Source of the DNA: a virus
Lineage: Duplodnaviria; Heunggongvirae; Uroviricota; Caudoviricetes
DNA: 14,982 nucleotides
Strand: one strand, 5' to 3'
IMG/VR virus record: IMGVR_UViG_2547132281_000001
This document shows positions 6,926-14,982 of the stretch, one piece after another. A program made the translations under genes and the position numbers. The notes below the pieces were generated by a model. That model worked only from the letters and a program-made list of their open reading frames with translations, was not told where the DNA came from and ran no database searches. Within the stretch, counting starts at the first letter, position 1, and each line of letters begins with the position of its first letter.

Positions 6926-7204
6926 ATGGCGCACGATACCAAATTACACAATTCTGATGATTCTGCCGTCTTTGCCAGCAGGCACGGGCGGCGTTCCCGC
7001 ACTTTCAAATCTGACTGGTACCAGCATCCCCCATGTACTGAAGAACAAGCTGAATGGCTAATTCAGTGCTACCGCAGACACGGATACGAGATTAAGAAAG
7101 CCCTCAGCCTCGATTATCGTCACTGGATAATCTCCGTCAGGCTTCCTTACTCTGAACGCCCACCGCGTCCGTCCCGCACATTCCAGCAACGCATCTGGAG
7201 GTAA
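6926..7204 (+). CDS. Hypothetical protein (92 aa)
   Basis: SD GGAGAAAA before ATG 6926. Stop abuts the GTG start of the ydfU-like gene. No family recognised. Confidence 0.45.
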   Translation: MAHDTKLHNSDDSAVFASRHGRRSRTFKSDWYQHPPCTEEQAEWLIQCYRRHGYEIKKALSLDYRHWIISVRLPYSERPPRPSRTFQQRIWR

Positions 7205-7205
7205 C

Positions 7206-8255
7206 GTGCGGGTATTACTTCGACCTGTTCTGGTACCGGAACTCGGGCTGGTGATCGTTAAGCCGGGCCGTGAATCCATGCCGGTATTCCACAATACCCG
7301 GGTACTGGTGGAGCCGGAACCGAAAAGCATGCGTAATCTGCCGTCCGGGGTCGTTCCTGCCGTTCGCCAGCCGCTGGTGGAAGACAAAACATTGCTGCCG
7401 TTTTTCAGTAACGCACGGGTGATTCGTGCTGCTGGTGGTGCTGGTGCATTGTCTGACTGGCTGTTGCGCCATATTAAATCCTGCCAGTGGCCACACGGCG
7501 ATTATCACCACAGTGAAACCGTCATTCACCGTTATGGTACCGGCGCAATGGTGTTGTGCTGGCACTGCGACAACCAGTTGCGTGACCAGACCTCCGAATC
7601 ACTTGAGCAACTTGCTCACCAAAACTTGTCAGCATGGATGATTGACGTCATTCGTCACGCAATGAATGGCACACAGGAGCGGGAATTATCTCTGGCTGAA
7701 TTATCCTGGTGGGCGGTCCGCAATCAGGTGGCGGACGCGCTACCGGAAGCGGTATTACGTCGTTCGCTGGGGTTGCGTGCGGAAAAAATCCGCTCAATGT
7801 ACCGTGAAAGCGACATCGTACCGGGAGAGCAGACCGCCACCAGCATACTGAAACAGCGCACAAAAAATCTTGCGCCGCTGCCTCACGCCCACCAGCAACA
7901 GAACCCACCACAGGAAAAGACGGTGGTCAGCATTGCCGTTGATCCTGAGTCTCCGGAATCTTTCATGAAACGACCTAAACGTCGCCGCTGGGTTAACGAG
8001 AAATATACACGCTGGGTGAAGACACAGCCGTGTGCGTGTTGTGGTAAGCCAGCCGACGATCCCCATCACCTGATTGGTCATGGTCAGGGCGGAATGGGGA
8101 CAAAATCTCACGATATTTTCACGCTACCGCTGTGTCGGGAGCATCACAACGAGCTTCATGCGGATCCGCTGGCGTTCGAAGAAAAGCATGGTTCTCAGGT
8201 TGATTTAATTTTTCGTTTTCTTGATCACGCCTTTGCAACTGGCGTGCTTGGGTAA
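7206..8255 (+). CDS. ydfU: YdfU-like DUF968 protein with C-terminal Cys/His (HNH-like) motif, GTG start
   Basis: 349 aa, same length as Qin YdfU. SD GGAGG before GTG 7206. C-terminus CACCGKPADDPHHLIGHGQGG...LCREHHNELH. Confidence 0.75.
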   Translation: MRVLLRPVLVPELGLVIVKPGRESMPVFHNTRVLVEPEPKSMRNLPSGVVPAVRQPLVEDKTLLPFFSNARVIRAAGGAGALSDWLLRHIKSCQWPHGDYHHSETVIHRYGTGAMVLCWHCDNQLRDQTSESLEQLAHQNLSAWMIDVIRHAMNGTQERELSLAELSWWAVRNQVADALPEAVLRRSLGLRAEKIRSMYRESDIVPGEQTATSILKQRTKNLAPLPHAHQQQNPPQEKTVVSIAVDPESPESFMKRPKRRRWVNEKYTRWVKTQPCACCGKPADDPHHLIGHGQGGMGTKSHDIFTLPLCREHHNELHADPLAFEEKHGSQVDLIFRFLDHAFATGVLG

Positions 8256-8267
8256 AAGAGGTGACTG

Positions 8268-8642
8268 ATGCTCATAGATTTGGTTTTACCTTACCCACCG
8301 ACGGTGAACACTTACTGGCGACGCCGTGGCAGCACATATTTTATCTCGGAGGAGGGAAAGCGTTATCGCCGGGCTGTGGCGCTTATTGTTCGCCAGCAGC
8401 GGCTGAAATTAAGCCTGTCCGGAAGGCTGGCGATAAAGGTGATTGCAGAGCCACCGGATAAGCGTCGTCGCGACCTGGACAATATCCTGAAAGCACCGCT
8501 GGATGCGCTGACGCATGCGGGAGTGTTAATGGACGATGAGCAGTTTGATGAAATCAATATCGTTCGTGGTCAGCCAGTATCTGGTGGACGTCTGGGGGTG
8601 AAGATTTACCCCATAATGCATGAAGAGCAGGTCAAAAAATGA
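8268..8642 (+). CDS. rusA: RusA-family Holliday junction resolvase
   Basis: 124 aa. SD AAGAGG upstream. Motifs ...PPDKRRRDLDNILKAPLDALTHAGVLMDDEQ... align with recalled E. coli RusA (...[23 protein letters not shown]...). Confidence 0.8.
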   Translation: MLIDLVLPYPPTVNTYWRRRGSTYFISEEGKRYRRAVALIVRQQRLKLSLSGRLAIKVIAEPPDKRRRDLDNILKAPLDALTHAGVLMDDEQFDEINIVRGQPVSGGRLGVKIYPIMHEEQVKK

Positions 8643-9460
8643 AACTGGAAGATTTACCGAAATACTACTCCCCAAAATCCCCTTGCCTGACCGATGCATC
8701 GGCCTCAACGTCAAAAGATGCGCTGAGTATCACTGATGTGATGGCCGCGCAGGGCATGACACAGAATCGGGCTGAGATGGGGTTTTCTGCGTTCCTGGGG
8801 AAAATGGGCATCAGTATGAATGACAGGGCGCGGGCAACAGAATTACTGGCAGATTATGCACTCAGTCGGTGCGATCGTGTGGCGGCGTTGAGAAAACTTC
8901 CGGCAGAAATAAAACCGGTAGTGATGCGCATTATGGCTTCGTACGCTTTTGAGGATTATGCCCGCAGCGCAGCGAGTAAAAAGCAGTGCCCTTGTTGCTA
9001 TGGGGAAAAATTTATTGAAAGCGTAGTTTTTACAAACAAGGTCCAGTATCCGGATGGTAAGCCGCCGGTATGGGCAAAGTGTACGAAAGGTGTGTATCCG
9101 TCTTACTGGGAAGAATGGAAAAAAGTCAGGGAGGTGGTAAAAGTTGCCTGTCCGGAGTGTGGCGGAAAGGGTGAGGTTTCCACCGCCTGTAAGGATTGCC
9201 GTGGGCGTGGTGTCGCCATTCACCGTGAAGAGTCGGTAAAACGTGGTATGCCTGTTATCAGAGACTGCCAGCGTTGTGGTGGTCGTGGCTATGAAAGACT
9301 ACCATCAACGGAGGCATTTAATGCTATATGCGAGGTGACAAACCAGATAACACGCGCGTCATGGGAAAAAACAGTTAAGAAATTCTATGATGCGCTGGTG
9401 ACCCGGTTTGATATTGAAGAAGCATGGGCTGAGCGGCAGTTAAAAAAGGTAACTAGGTAA
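8639..9460 (+). CDS. Late-gene antiterminator Q (phage 21/QuuD-like, zinc-binding)
   Basis: 273 aa with several CxxC pairs (CPCCYG, CPECGGKG, CKDCRGRG, CQRCGGRG). Lies immediately upstream of a P_R'-like promoter and terminator and the lysis genes. ATGA overlap with rusA. Confidence 0.8.
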   Translation: MKLEDLPKYYSPKSPCLTDASASTSKDALSITDVMAAQGMTQNRAEMGFSAFLGKMGISMNDRARATELLADYALSRCDRVAALRKLPAEIKPVVMRIMASYAFEDYARSAASKKQCPCCYGEKFIESVVFTNKVQYPDGKPPVWAKCTKGVYPSYWEEWKKVREVVKVACPECGGKGEVSTACKDCRGRGVAIHREESVKRGMPVIRDCQRCGGRGYERLPSTEAFNAICEVTNQITRASWEKTVKKFYDALVTRFDIEEAWAERQLKKVTR

Positions 9461-9465
9461 CAAGG

Positions 9466-9493
9466 TTGATTTTTCCGGAATCTGTGGTAAATT
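9466..9493 (+). promoter_or_regulatory. Putative late promoter P_R' (with qut region)
   Basis: -35 TTGATT (9466-9471), 16-bp spacer, extended -10 TGgTAAATT (9485-9493). TAAATT is the -10 hexamer I recall for lambda P_R'. Confidence 0.45.
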
Positions 9494-9542
9494 CGTCATA
9501 ATGATGGGCTTTTTATGCCTGACGTTAGAAGAGTTTCTACAA

Positions 9543-9564
9543 CCCGCCGCCGAGCGGGTTTTTT
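9543..9564 (+). terminator. Rho-independent terminator (tR'-like) downstream of Q
   Basis: CCCGC-CGCCGA-GCGGG hairpin followed by TTTTTT. Confidence 0.6.
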
Positions 9565-9603
9565 ATTGCGGAATTAATTACGGACCGTTATTATTCTGCT
9601 CAC

Positions 9604-9679
9604 GGCCCTTTAGCTCAGTGGTGAGAGCGAGCGACTCATAATCGCCAGGTCGCTGGTTCAAATCCAGTACAGCGCGCCA
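9604..9679 (+). tRNA. tRNA-like sequence with CAU anticodon (Ile2/Met type) but non-pairing acceptor stem; possibly degenerate
   Basis: D arm (GCTC/GAGC), anticodon loop CTCATAA, T arm GCTGG-TTCAAAT-CCAGT and encoded 3' GCCA are all present. Acceptor 5' strand GGCCCTT pairs with 3' ACAGCGC at only 3 of 7 positions. Confidence 0.45.
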
Positions 9680-9816
9680 TATTCATTCTTCCAGATTCCT
9701 TCCGGCAGAGCCTTATACTGAAATATACTTGGCTCAGGATCTTGTTGAAAATATTATATGTTTGTCAAAAATAAAAGTTCTGTTAAGTATTGATTGAGTG
9801 TTTGTTATACCGTCTA

Positions 9817-10143
9817 ATGGTTTTTTCAGCATTAAATATTTATCATTCATATGGTGTGGGTAGAGTGAATATTGATGAGGCGTCGGGGTGTTTCATCCTT
9901 AGGCAGCGTATTGATATAGTCAATGCAGCACGAGCAAAGGCCTTCAGCCGTTTGACAGTTTTGTTTTGTACTCCTGATCGTCTTTCGGGAAGAGACGTTA
10001 TTATTCTGAATAGTGATGCTATACAGAGGGTTTGCGATGAGTTCATGGTTGCTAATTCAGAATTATTTGCTCTTGTTCAGGAGTACAACAGAATAGCCAG
10101 GACCTGTGGTATGGATGAACTTCGGATTACTCATCTGGGGTAG
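9817..10143 (+). CDS. Hypothetical ORF in AT-rich moron region (start uncertain)
   Basis: Track ORF 9790..10143 begins on TTG; first ATG is at 9817. No convincing SD and no family recognised. Confidence 0.3.
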   Translation: MVFSALNIYHSYGVGRVNIDEASGCFILRQRIDIVNAARAKAFSRLTVLFCTPDRLSGRDVIILNSDAIQRVCDEFMVANSELFALVQEYNRIARTCGMDELRITHLG

Positions 10144-10617
10144 ATACATATCTGGATTATCACCTGTTACGGTAAAAAGTTATTGCTTACTGTTTTTGTG
10201 AATGGCATTGCAGCAGCCGGATAATGTCAGTGCTGGCTGACGGTGTGCTGGTGGCGGGTGTGGTGGTTATTGCTTTCCCGTTGCTGAAAAAGAAAACGCC
10301 AGACTGTTAGCCGGGTATCAGTTAGCGGGAGAAATTTTTAAATACTTCACAATTCAGGCGGTTGACTGTTGTCTGGTTTGCGGGGAGTTTGTTAAAAGAA
10401 ACTGGCATGGTGAATCCCCCTGTGCGGAGGGGCAATCAGCGAGTAGGTATATGGGATAATCGCGGATTCAGGTGCTGGTACTGAATTCACCGGGAGGCAC
10501 CCGGCACCATGCACTTCAATAGATTCTCTCCACATTATGGATATTCTTTCAGAATATCCCACGCAGACTTTGTGTAAATGTTAACAAATGTGCGTTTTAT
10601 TTGATCTGATTCGCTGT

Positions 10618-10647
10618 TTGAGCGTCCAAAACAACGGTATATATAAT
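10618..10647 (+). promoter_or_regulatory. Sigma70-type promoter for the first TolA-like lipoprotein gene
   Basis: -35 TTGAGC (10618-10623), 18-bp spacer, -10 TATAAT (10642-10647). SD GAGGA then ATG at 10677. Confidence 0.55.
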
Positions 10648-10676
10648 CCTTTACTATATGACATATGTGAGGAAAA

Positions 10677-11105
10677 ATGGGTTTTCGTAGCGCATCAATT
10701 CTTACGTTGATTATTAGTGGGATTATTATCGGGTGCACTGATGCTGTATCGACAAATTATCATGACCGTACATCATATTACTCCGATAAAGCAATAGAGA
10801 CACAGTATGTGAGTTCATCTGAACGTACTTCTGATGTTAGTGAGGATATCCGTCTGTATGCCCATCAAATCAAGAGCGCCATCGAAAAACAGTTCGGGGA
10901 TGCGAGTAAGTATTCAGGAAAAGAGTGTACACTGAGAATGCATATGGCCCCGAATGGCCTTCTACTGGAGGTTAAAAGAGAAAGTGGAGACCTCGATTTA
11001 TGTCGTGAAGCGATGAATGCGATAAAGAATGCTGATATACCTGCCCCCCCTTCGCCGGAAGTATATAAAGTATTTCAAAATGGGGTGCTGGATTTTAAAC
11101 CCTGA
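10677..11105 (+). CDS. Lipoprotein with TolA C-terminal domain (TolA domain III)-like mature region
   Basis: Signal peptide with lipobox (..IIIGC). Mature part YAHQIKSAIEKQFGDASKYSGKECTLRMHMAPNGLLLEVKRESGDLDLCREAMNAIKNADIPAPPSPEVYKVFQNGVLDFKP aligns along its length with recalled TolA C-terminus YAGQIKSAIESKFYDASSYAGKTCTLRIKLAPDGMLLDIKPEGGDPALCQAALAAAKLAKIPKPPSQAVYEVFKNAPLDFKP. Confidence 0.8.
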   Translation: MGFRSASILTLIISGIIIGCTDAVSTNYHDRTSYYSDKAIETQYVSSSERTSDVSEDIRLYAHQIKSAIEKQFGDASKYSGKECTLRMHMAPNGLLLEVKRESGDLDLCREAMNAIKNADIPAPPSPEVYKVFQNGVLDFKP

Positions 11106-11147
11106 TATTTATTGTTTTGTAATAAACGGTTTCGGCTTAGGTTTGTT

Positions 11148-11176
11148 CTGACACAACTACGGCACTGAGCTAAATT
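11148..11176 (+). promoter_or_regulatory. Putative promoter for the second TolA-like lipoprotein gene
   Basis: -35 CTGACA (11148-11153), 17-bp spacer, -10 TAAATT (11171-11176). SD GAGGAG before GTG 11256. Confidence 0.4.
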
Positions 11177-11255
11177 TAGCGGATAGTCAACTCTGAGCCA
11201 GTGGCGGACGTAACAACTACTATTGCTGAGATTTTAATGGATTGAGGAGCAAGAA

Positions 11256-11651
11256 GTGGGATTAAAGAAAATCGTTATGTTGACTTTTTGGGTCGGTTTT
11301 GTTGCGGGATGCACACCTTTACACCCTTCAGATTGCCACAAAACTACTGCTACAGGTAGTTGCAGTTCAGGACGCTGGGATGATCAGGATGAATGGGGGG
11401 CGCAAGCGCGGGGAATCAGAGCTGCAATTAATGCCAAACTTGATGAGCCGCATAACTGGAAAGGGAAAAAATGCAGGTTGCATATGGAATTCTCTCAGGA
11501 TGGCACGGCGTTAAAAATATCTACCAGTAACGGTGATAAAGCCTATTGCGAAGCGATAAAGTCCGCAGCTCATAAAGCCAAATTTCCGGCCTTCAACAAT
11601 CCGGAAGTCTACAGAGATTTTCAGAAATCTGGCTTTGACATGCGAGGTTAG
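11256..11651 (+). CDS. Second, divergent TolA domain III-like lipoprotein (paralog), GTG start
   Basis: Lipobox VAGC. Mature region KGKKCRLHMEFSQDGTALKISTSNGDKAYCEAIKSAAHKAKFPAFNNPEVYRDFQKSGFDMRG follows the same pattern as the first copy (conserved Cys pair, NPEVY, FQ). Confidence 0.7.
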   Translation: MGLKKIVMLTFWVGFVAGCTPLHPSDCHKTTATGSCSSGRWDDQDEWGAQARGIRAAINAKLDEPHNWKGKKCRLHMEFSQDGTALKISTSNGDKAYCEAIKSAAHKAKFPAFNNPEVYRDFQKSGFDMRG

Positions 11652-11776
11652 CTCTTCAATTACTATATCTCATTCATAGCAAACTGACAGATTTGATGAT
11701 GTTCTATATACGAAACCTGTGATGTCAAGTCTGAGCTAATACAAATAAACATAATATCAGAGAAATACATTTTATT

Positions 11777-11799
11777 AGCTCGCTACGGCGAGCTTTTTA
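11777..11799 (+). terminator. Rho-independent terminator closing the moron cassette
   Basis: AGCTCGC-TACG-GCGAGCT hairpin followed by TTTTT. Confidence 0.6.
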
Positions 11800-11902
11800 T
11801 ATTGCATCGTCTCCAGCATATATATCAATTATGGCTCTGATTGATGTGTCTGGAAGCCTACACATAATAACTATGCCATCCGTTCCGTGCGGAGGTGAGG
11901 CT

Positions 11903-12118
11903 ATGAAATCCATGGACAAAATTTCAACAGGCATTGCCTACGGCACCTCCGCAGGCAGTGCTGGCTACTGGTTTTTACAGCTGCTCGATAAAGTCACGCC
12001 CTCACAGTGGGCAGCAATAGGTGTGCTGGGTAGCCTGGTATTTGGCCTGCTGACGTACCTGACAAATCTTTATTTCAAGATTAAAGAAGACAGGCGTAAG
12101 GCTGCGAGAGGAGAGTAA
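11903..12118 (+). CDS. Class II holin / pinholin (phage 21 S-like) with dual-start motif MKSM
   Basis: SD GGAGGTGAGG then ATG 11903. [71 protein letters not shown] is near-identical to recalled S21 and Qin EssQ. Confidence 0.85.
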   Translation: MKSMDKISTGIAYGTSAGSAGYWFLQLLDKVTPSQWAAIGVLGSLVFGLLTYLTNLYFKIKEDRRKAARGE

Positions 12119-12122
12119 TCCA

Positions 12123-12430
12123 ATGACTCAAGACTATGAACTGGTTGTGAAAGGAGTCCGTAATTTTGAGAATAAAGTTACGGTAACTGTAGCCTTACAG
12201 GACAAAGAACGCTTTGACGGTGAAATTTTTGGCCTGGATGTCGCCATGGACCGTGTTGAAGGAGCTGCGCTGGAGTTTTATGAGGCAGCAGCCAGAATGA
12301 GCGTCCGGCAAGTCTTCCTGGAAGTAGCAGAAAAATTGTCAGAAAAAGTTGAGTCTTATCTGCAGCATCAGTACTCCTTTAAGATTGAAAATCCTGCCAA
12401 TAAGCACGAGCGTCCTCATCATAAATATCT

Positions 12431-12434
<4 letters not shown>
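12123..12434 (+). CDS. ydfR: YdfR-like protein (103 aa) between holin and endolysin
   Basis: Same length and position as ydfR between essQ and rrrQ in Qin. Stop overlaps the endolysin start (ATGA). Confidence 0.65.
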
Positions 12435-13458
<1,024 letters not shown>

Positions 13459-13818
13459 ATTAATATTAAATCGGATTATTTTTAGCGCTGAATGTGAAAT
13501 TTAAATAAAAAGGACTCTTCCATGAGTCAAAATCCTTGAAATCTTAAGGGTAAGATAAAAGGTCATTAGACAGAATGACACGTTTTATTAATAAATAAAG
13601 CTATTGTTTCATTCGTGTGTTTTTCTTTACAAAAGTAATCCTTGCTATGGTTGGTTAATCATGCGTTAATGGTGTTCTGGTTTGTTACAAAATTATCTGA
13701 AGCAGTCATTGTTATAATTTTATTATTTGTACCTCTTGAGATTTCCTTGTTGGTTTTTCTCTCTGATATTTTTTTTCGGACCATTCTGCCCAAGGGCTAA
13801 CTTCTTCAAAAGGTAATA

Positions 13819-14034
13819 ATGATGTCTAACAAAATGACTGGTTTAGTGAAATGGTTTAACCCTGAAAAAGGTTTTGGTTTCATCACGCCGAAAGATGGTA
13901 GCAAAGATGTGTTTGTGCATTTCTCAGCTATTCAGAGCAACGATTTCAAAACGTTAACTGAGAATCAGGAAGTCGAATTTGGTATTGAGAACGGACCTAA
14001 AGGCCCTGCAGCTGTTCATGTAGTGACACTTTGA
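13819..14034 (+). CDS. cspI: Cold-shock protein CspA family (CspI-like)
   Basis: [71 protein letters not shown]; RNP motifs KGFGFI and VFVHF present. Preceded by about 360 bp of AT-rich leader. Start could be the second ATG at 13822. Confidence 0.85.
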   Translation: MMSNKMTGLVKWFNPEKGFGFITPKDGSKDVFVHFSAIQSNDFKTLTENQEVEFGIENGPKGPAAVHVVTL

Positions 14035-14044
14035 GGTAGAAAAT

Positions 14045-14233
14045 ATTACAAACCATATTCACTTTAGATGCCCGTGTTGCCATGGTTCTCAGTATAGAAC
14101 ATCATCTTTTGATGTTTCTGACAGAAATCCTTTCGGGGCAAAATGTATCTTTTGTAAATCAATGATGATTACATTTGATAATATTTCACAATACTTAAAT
14201 GTTAGCCATCTGTCGTTAGATTTAAGAAAGTGA
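14045..14233 (+). pseudogene. Zinc-ribbon-like small ORF lacking a canonical start codon
   Basis: Open frame ...RCPCCHGSQYRTSSFDVSDRNPFGAKCIFCKSMMITFDNISQYLNVSHLSLDLRK* with CxxC..CxxC. Between the upstream in-frame stop and the motif there is no ATG/GTG/TTG, only ATT at 14045 and 14057. Start coordinate is nominal. Confidence 0.35.
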
Positions 14234-14241
14234 AAATGAAG

Positions 14242-14261
14242 GCTCCTTCGGGAGCTTTTTT
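14242..14261 (+). terminator. Rho-independent terminator
   Basis: GCTCC-TTCG-GGAGC hairpin followed by TTTTTT. Confidence 0.65.
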
Positions 14262-14387
14262 GCTTAGTGTCTAGTCGATGGATACTCACATATTACGGTA
14301 ACATTATGAAAAAAATGTAAGCGTACAGCCTGAACCGTCTGGTCAGAATCTGACAAATTAGACAAAGTGGTGTCCACCAAATAAGTA

Positions 14388-14789
14388 GTGGGAACCAAAG
14401 TGTCAGATATGCAGAAAAATGTGACTCCCGGCAGGCGAAAAGGCTGCCCTAATTATCCTCCCGAATTTAAACAGCAGCTCGTTGCTGCCTCCTGGGAACC
14501 CGGGATATCCATCTCAAAACTTGCTCTTGAAAATGGCATTAACGCCAATCTGTTGTTCAAATGGCGACAACAATGGCGCGAGGGAAAGCTGCTATTACCT
14601 TCTTCAGAGAGCCCCCAGCTACTTCCTGTGACTCTCGATGCAGCTGCCGAACAGCCAGAATCGCTCGCAGAGGACCCGGAAACCCTCAGTATCAGCTGTG
14701 AGGTAACGTTCCGGCACGGGACGCTCCGCTTCAATGGCAATGTCAGCGAAAAGCTCCTGACTCTGCTGATACAGGAACTGAAGCGATGA
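14388..14789 (+). CDS. tnpA: IS66-family accessory protein TnpA (orf1)
   Basis: 133-aa track ORF; GTG at 14388 or ATG at 14409 (MQKNVTPGRRKGCPNYPPEFKQQLVAASWEPGISISKLALENGINANLLFKWRQQWREGKL...). Stop overlaps the tnpB start. Confidence 0.75.
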   Translation: MGTKVSDMQKNVTPGRRKGCPNYPPEFKQQLVAASWEPGISISKLALENGINANLLFKWRQQWREGKLLLPSSESPQLLPVTLDAAAEQPESLAEDPETLSISCEVTFRHGTLRFNGNVSEKLLTLLIQELKR

Positions 14790-14982
14790 TCCCGTTACCT
14801 TCCGGGACCAAAATTTGGCTGGTTGCCGGTATCACCGATATGAGAAATGGCTTCAACGGCCTGGCTGCGAAAGTACAAACGGCGCTGAAAGACGATCCCA
14901 TGTCCGGCCATGTTTTCATTTTCCGGGGCCGCAGCGGCAGTCAGGTTAAACTGCTGTGGTCCACCGGTGACGGACTGTGCCT
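14786..14982 (+). CDS. tnpB: IS66-family TnpB (orf2), 5' part only
   Basis: Hand translation MIPLPSGTKIWLVAGITDMRNGFNGLAAKVQTALKDDPMSGHVFIFRGRSGSQVKLLWSTGDGLC... matches the conserved IS66 TnpB N-terminus. Runs off the window end. Confidence 0.8.
   Translation, partial: MIPLPSGTKIWLVAGITDMRNGFNGLAAKVQTALKDDPMSGHVFIFRGRSGSQVKLLWSTGDGLC

Larger units (their letters stand above)
14317..14982 (+). mobile_element. IS66-family insertion sequence, left end and first two ORFs (continues beyond the window)
   Basis: Terminal sequence begins GTAAGCGTACAGCC at 14317 (IS66-type IR start as recalled), followed by orfA/orfB with ATGA overlap typical of IS66 elements. Confidence 0.8.

Noticed and set aside
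7058-8111. Minus-strand ORFs inside ydfU (7058..7387, 7215..7565, 7648..7911, 7794..8111) and plus-strand ORFs 7426..7641, 7666..7851
   Set aside because: All overlap the long, well-supported ydfU frame; antisense or off-frame artefacts.
8261-9223. Track ORFs 8261..8461 (+), 8363..8557 (-), 8526..8714 (-), 8843..9223 (-)
   Set aside because: Overlap rusA or Q in other frames or strands.
11299-11514. 71-aa plus-strand ORF
   Set aside because: Off-frame overlap within the second TolA-like lipoprotein gene.
9680-11700. Shiga toxin or other classical toxin genes at the Q-S moron site
   Set aside because: Nothing resembling stxA/stxB (size, signal peptides, gene pair arrangement) is present; the site carries the TolA-like lipoprotein genes instead.
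14089-14740. Minus-strand ORFs 14089..14289 and 14453..14740
   Set aside because: Antisense to the zinc-ribbon ORF and terminator, and to IS66 tnpA, respectively.

Overview
This window reads as a Qin-like lambdoid prophage segment from an E. coli-type genome, running from the immunity region through the lysis cassette. Identifications rest on the supplied ORF translations compared with protein and RNA sequences I recall from memory; no database search was run. Leftward (minus strand): the dicB operon (ydfA-ydfB-ydfC-DicF sRNA-dicB-ydfD) and the repressor dicA. Rightward: dicC, three early/replication genes (one with a DnaT-like C-terminus), an IS1 copy with no target-site duplication that cuts an ORF, a small membrane protein, an orphan hok-like toxin, ydfU (DUF968), rusA, antiterminator Q with a P_R'/tR' module, a tRNA-like sequence, a moron cassette, the lysis cassette (pinholin, ydfR, SAR endolysin, Rz/Rz1), cspI, and the left end of an IS66-family element. 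The best candidate for an undescribed system is the moron cassette between Q and the holin: two paralogous lipoproteins whose mature parts closely resemble TolA domain III, each with its own promoter, which I propose as periplasmic TolA decoys against colicins or filamentous phage. All coordinates were counted by hand and boundaries may be off by a few bases.
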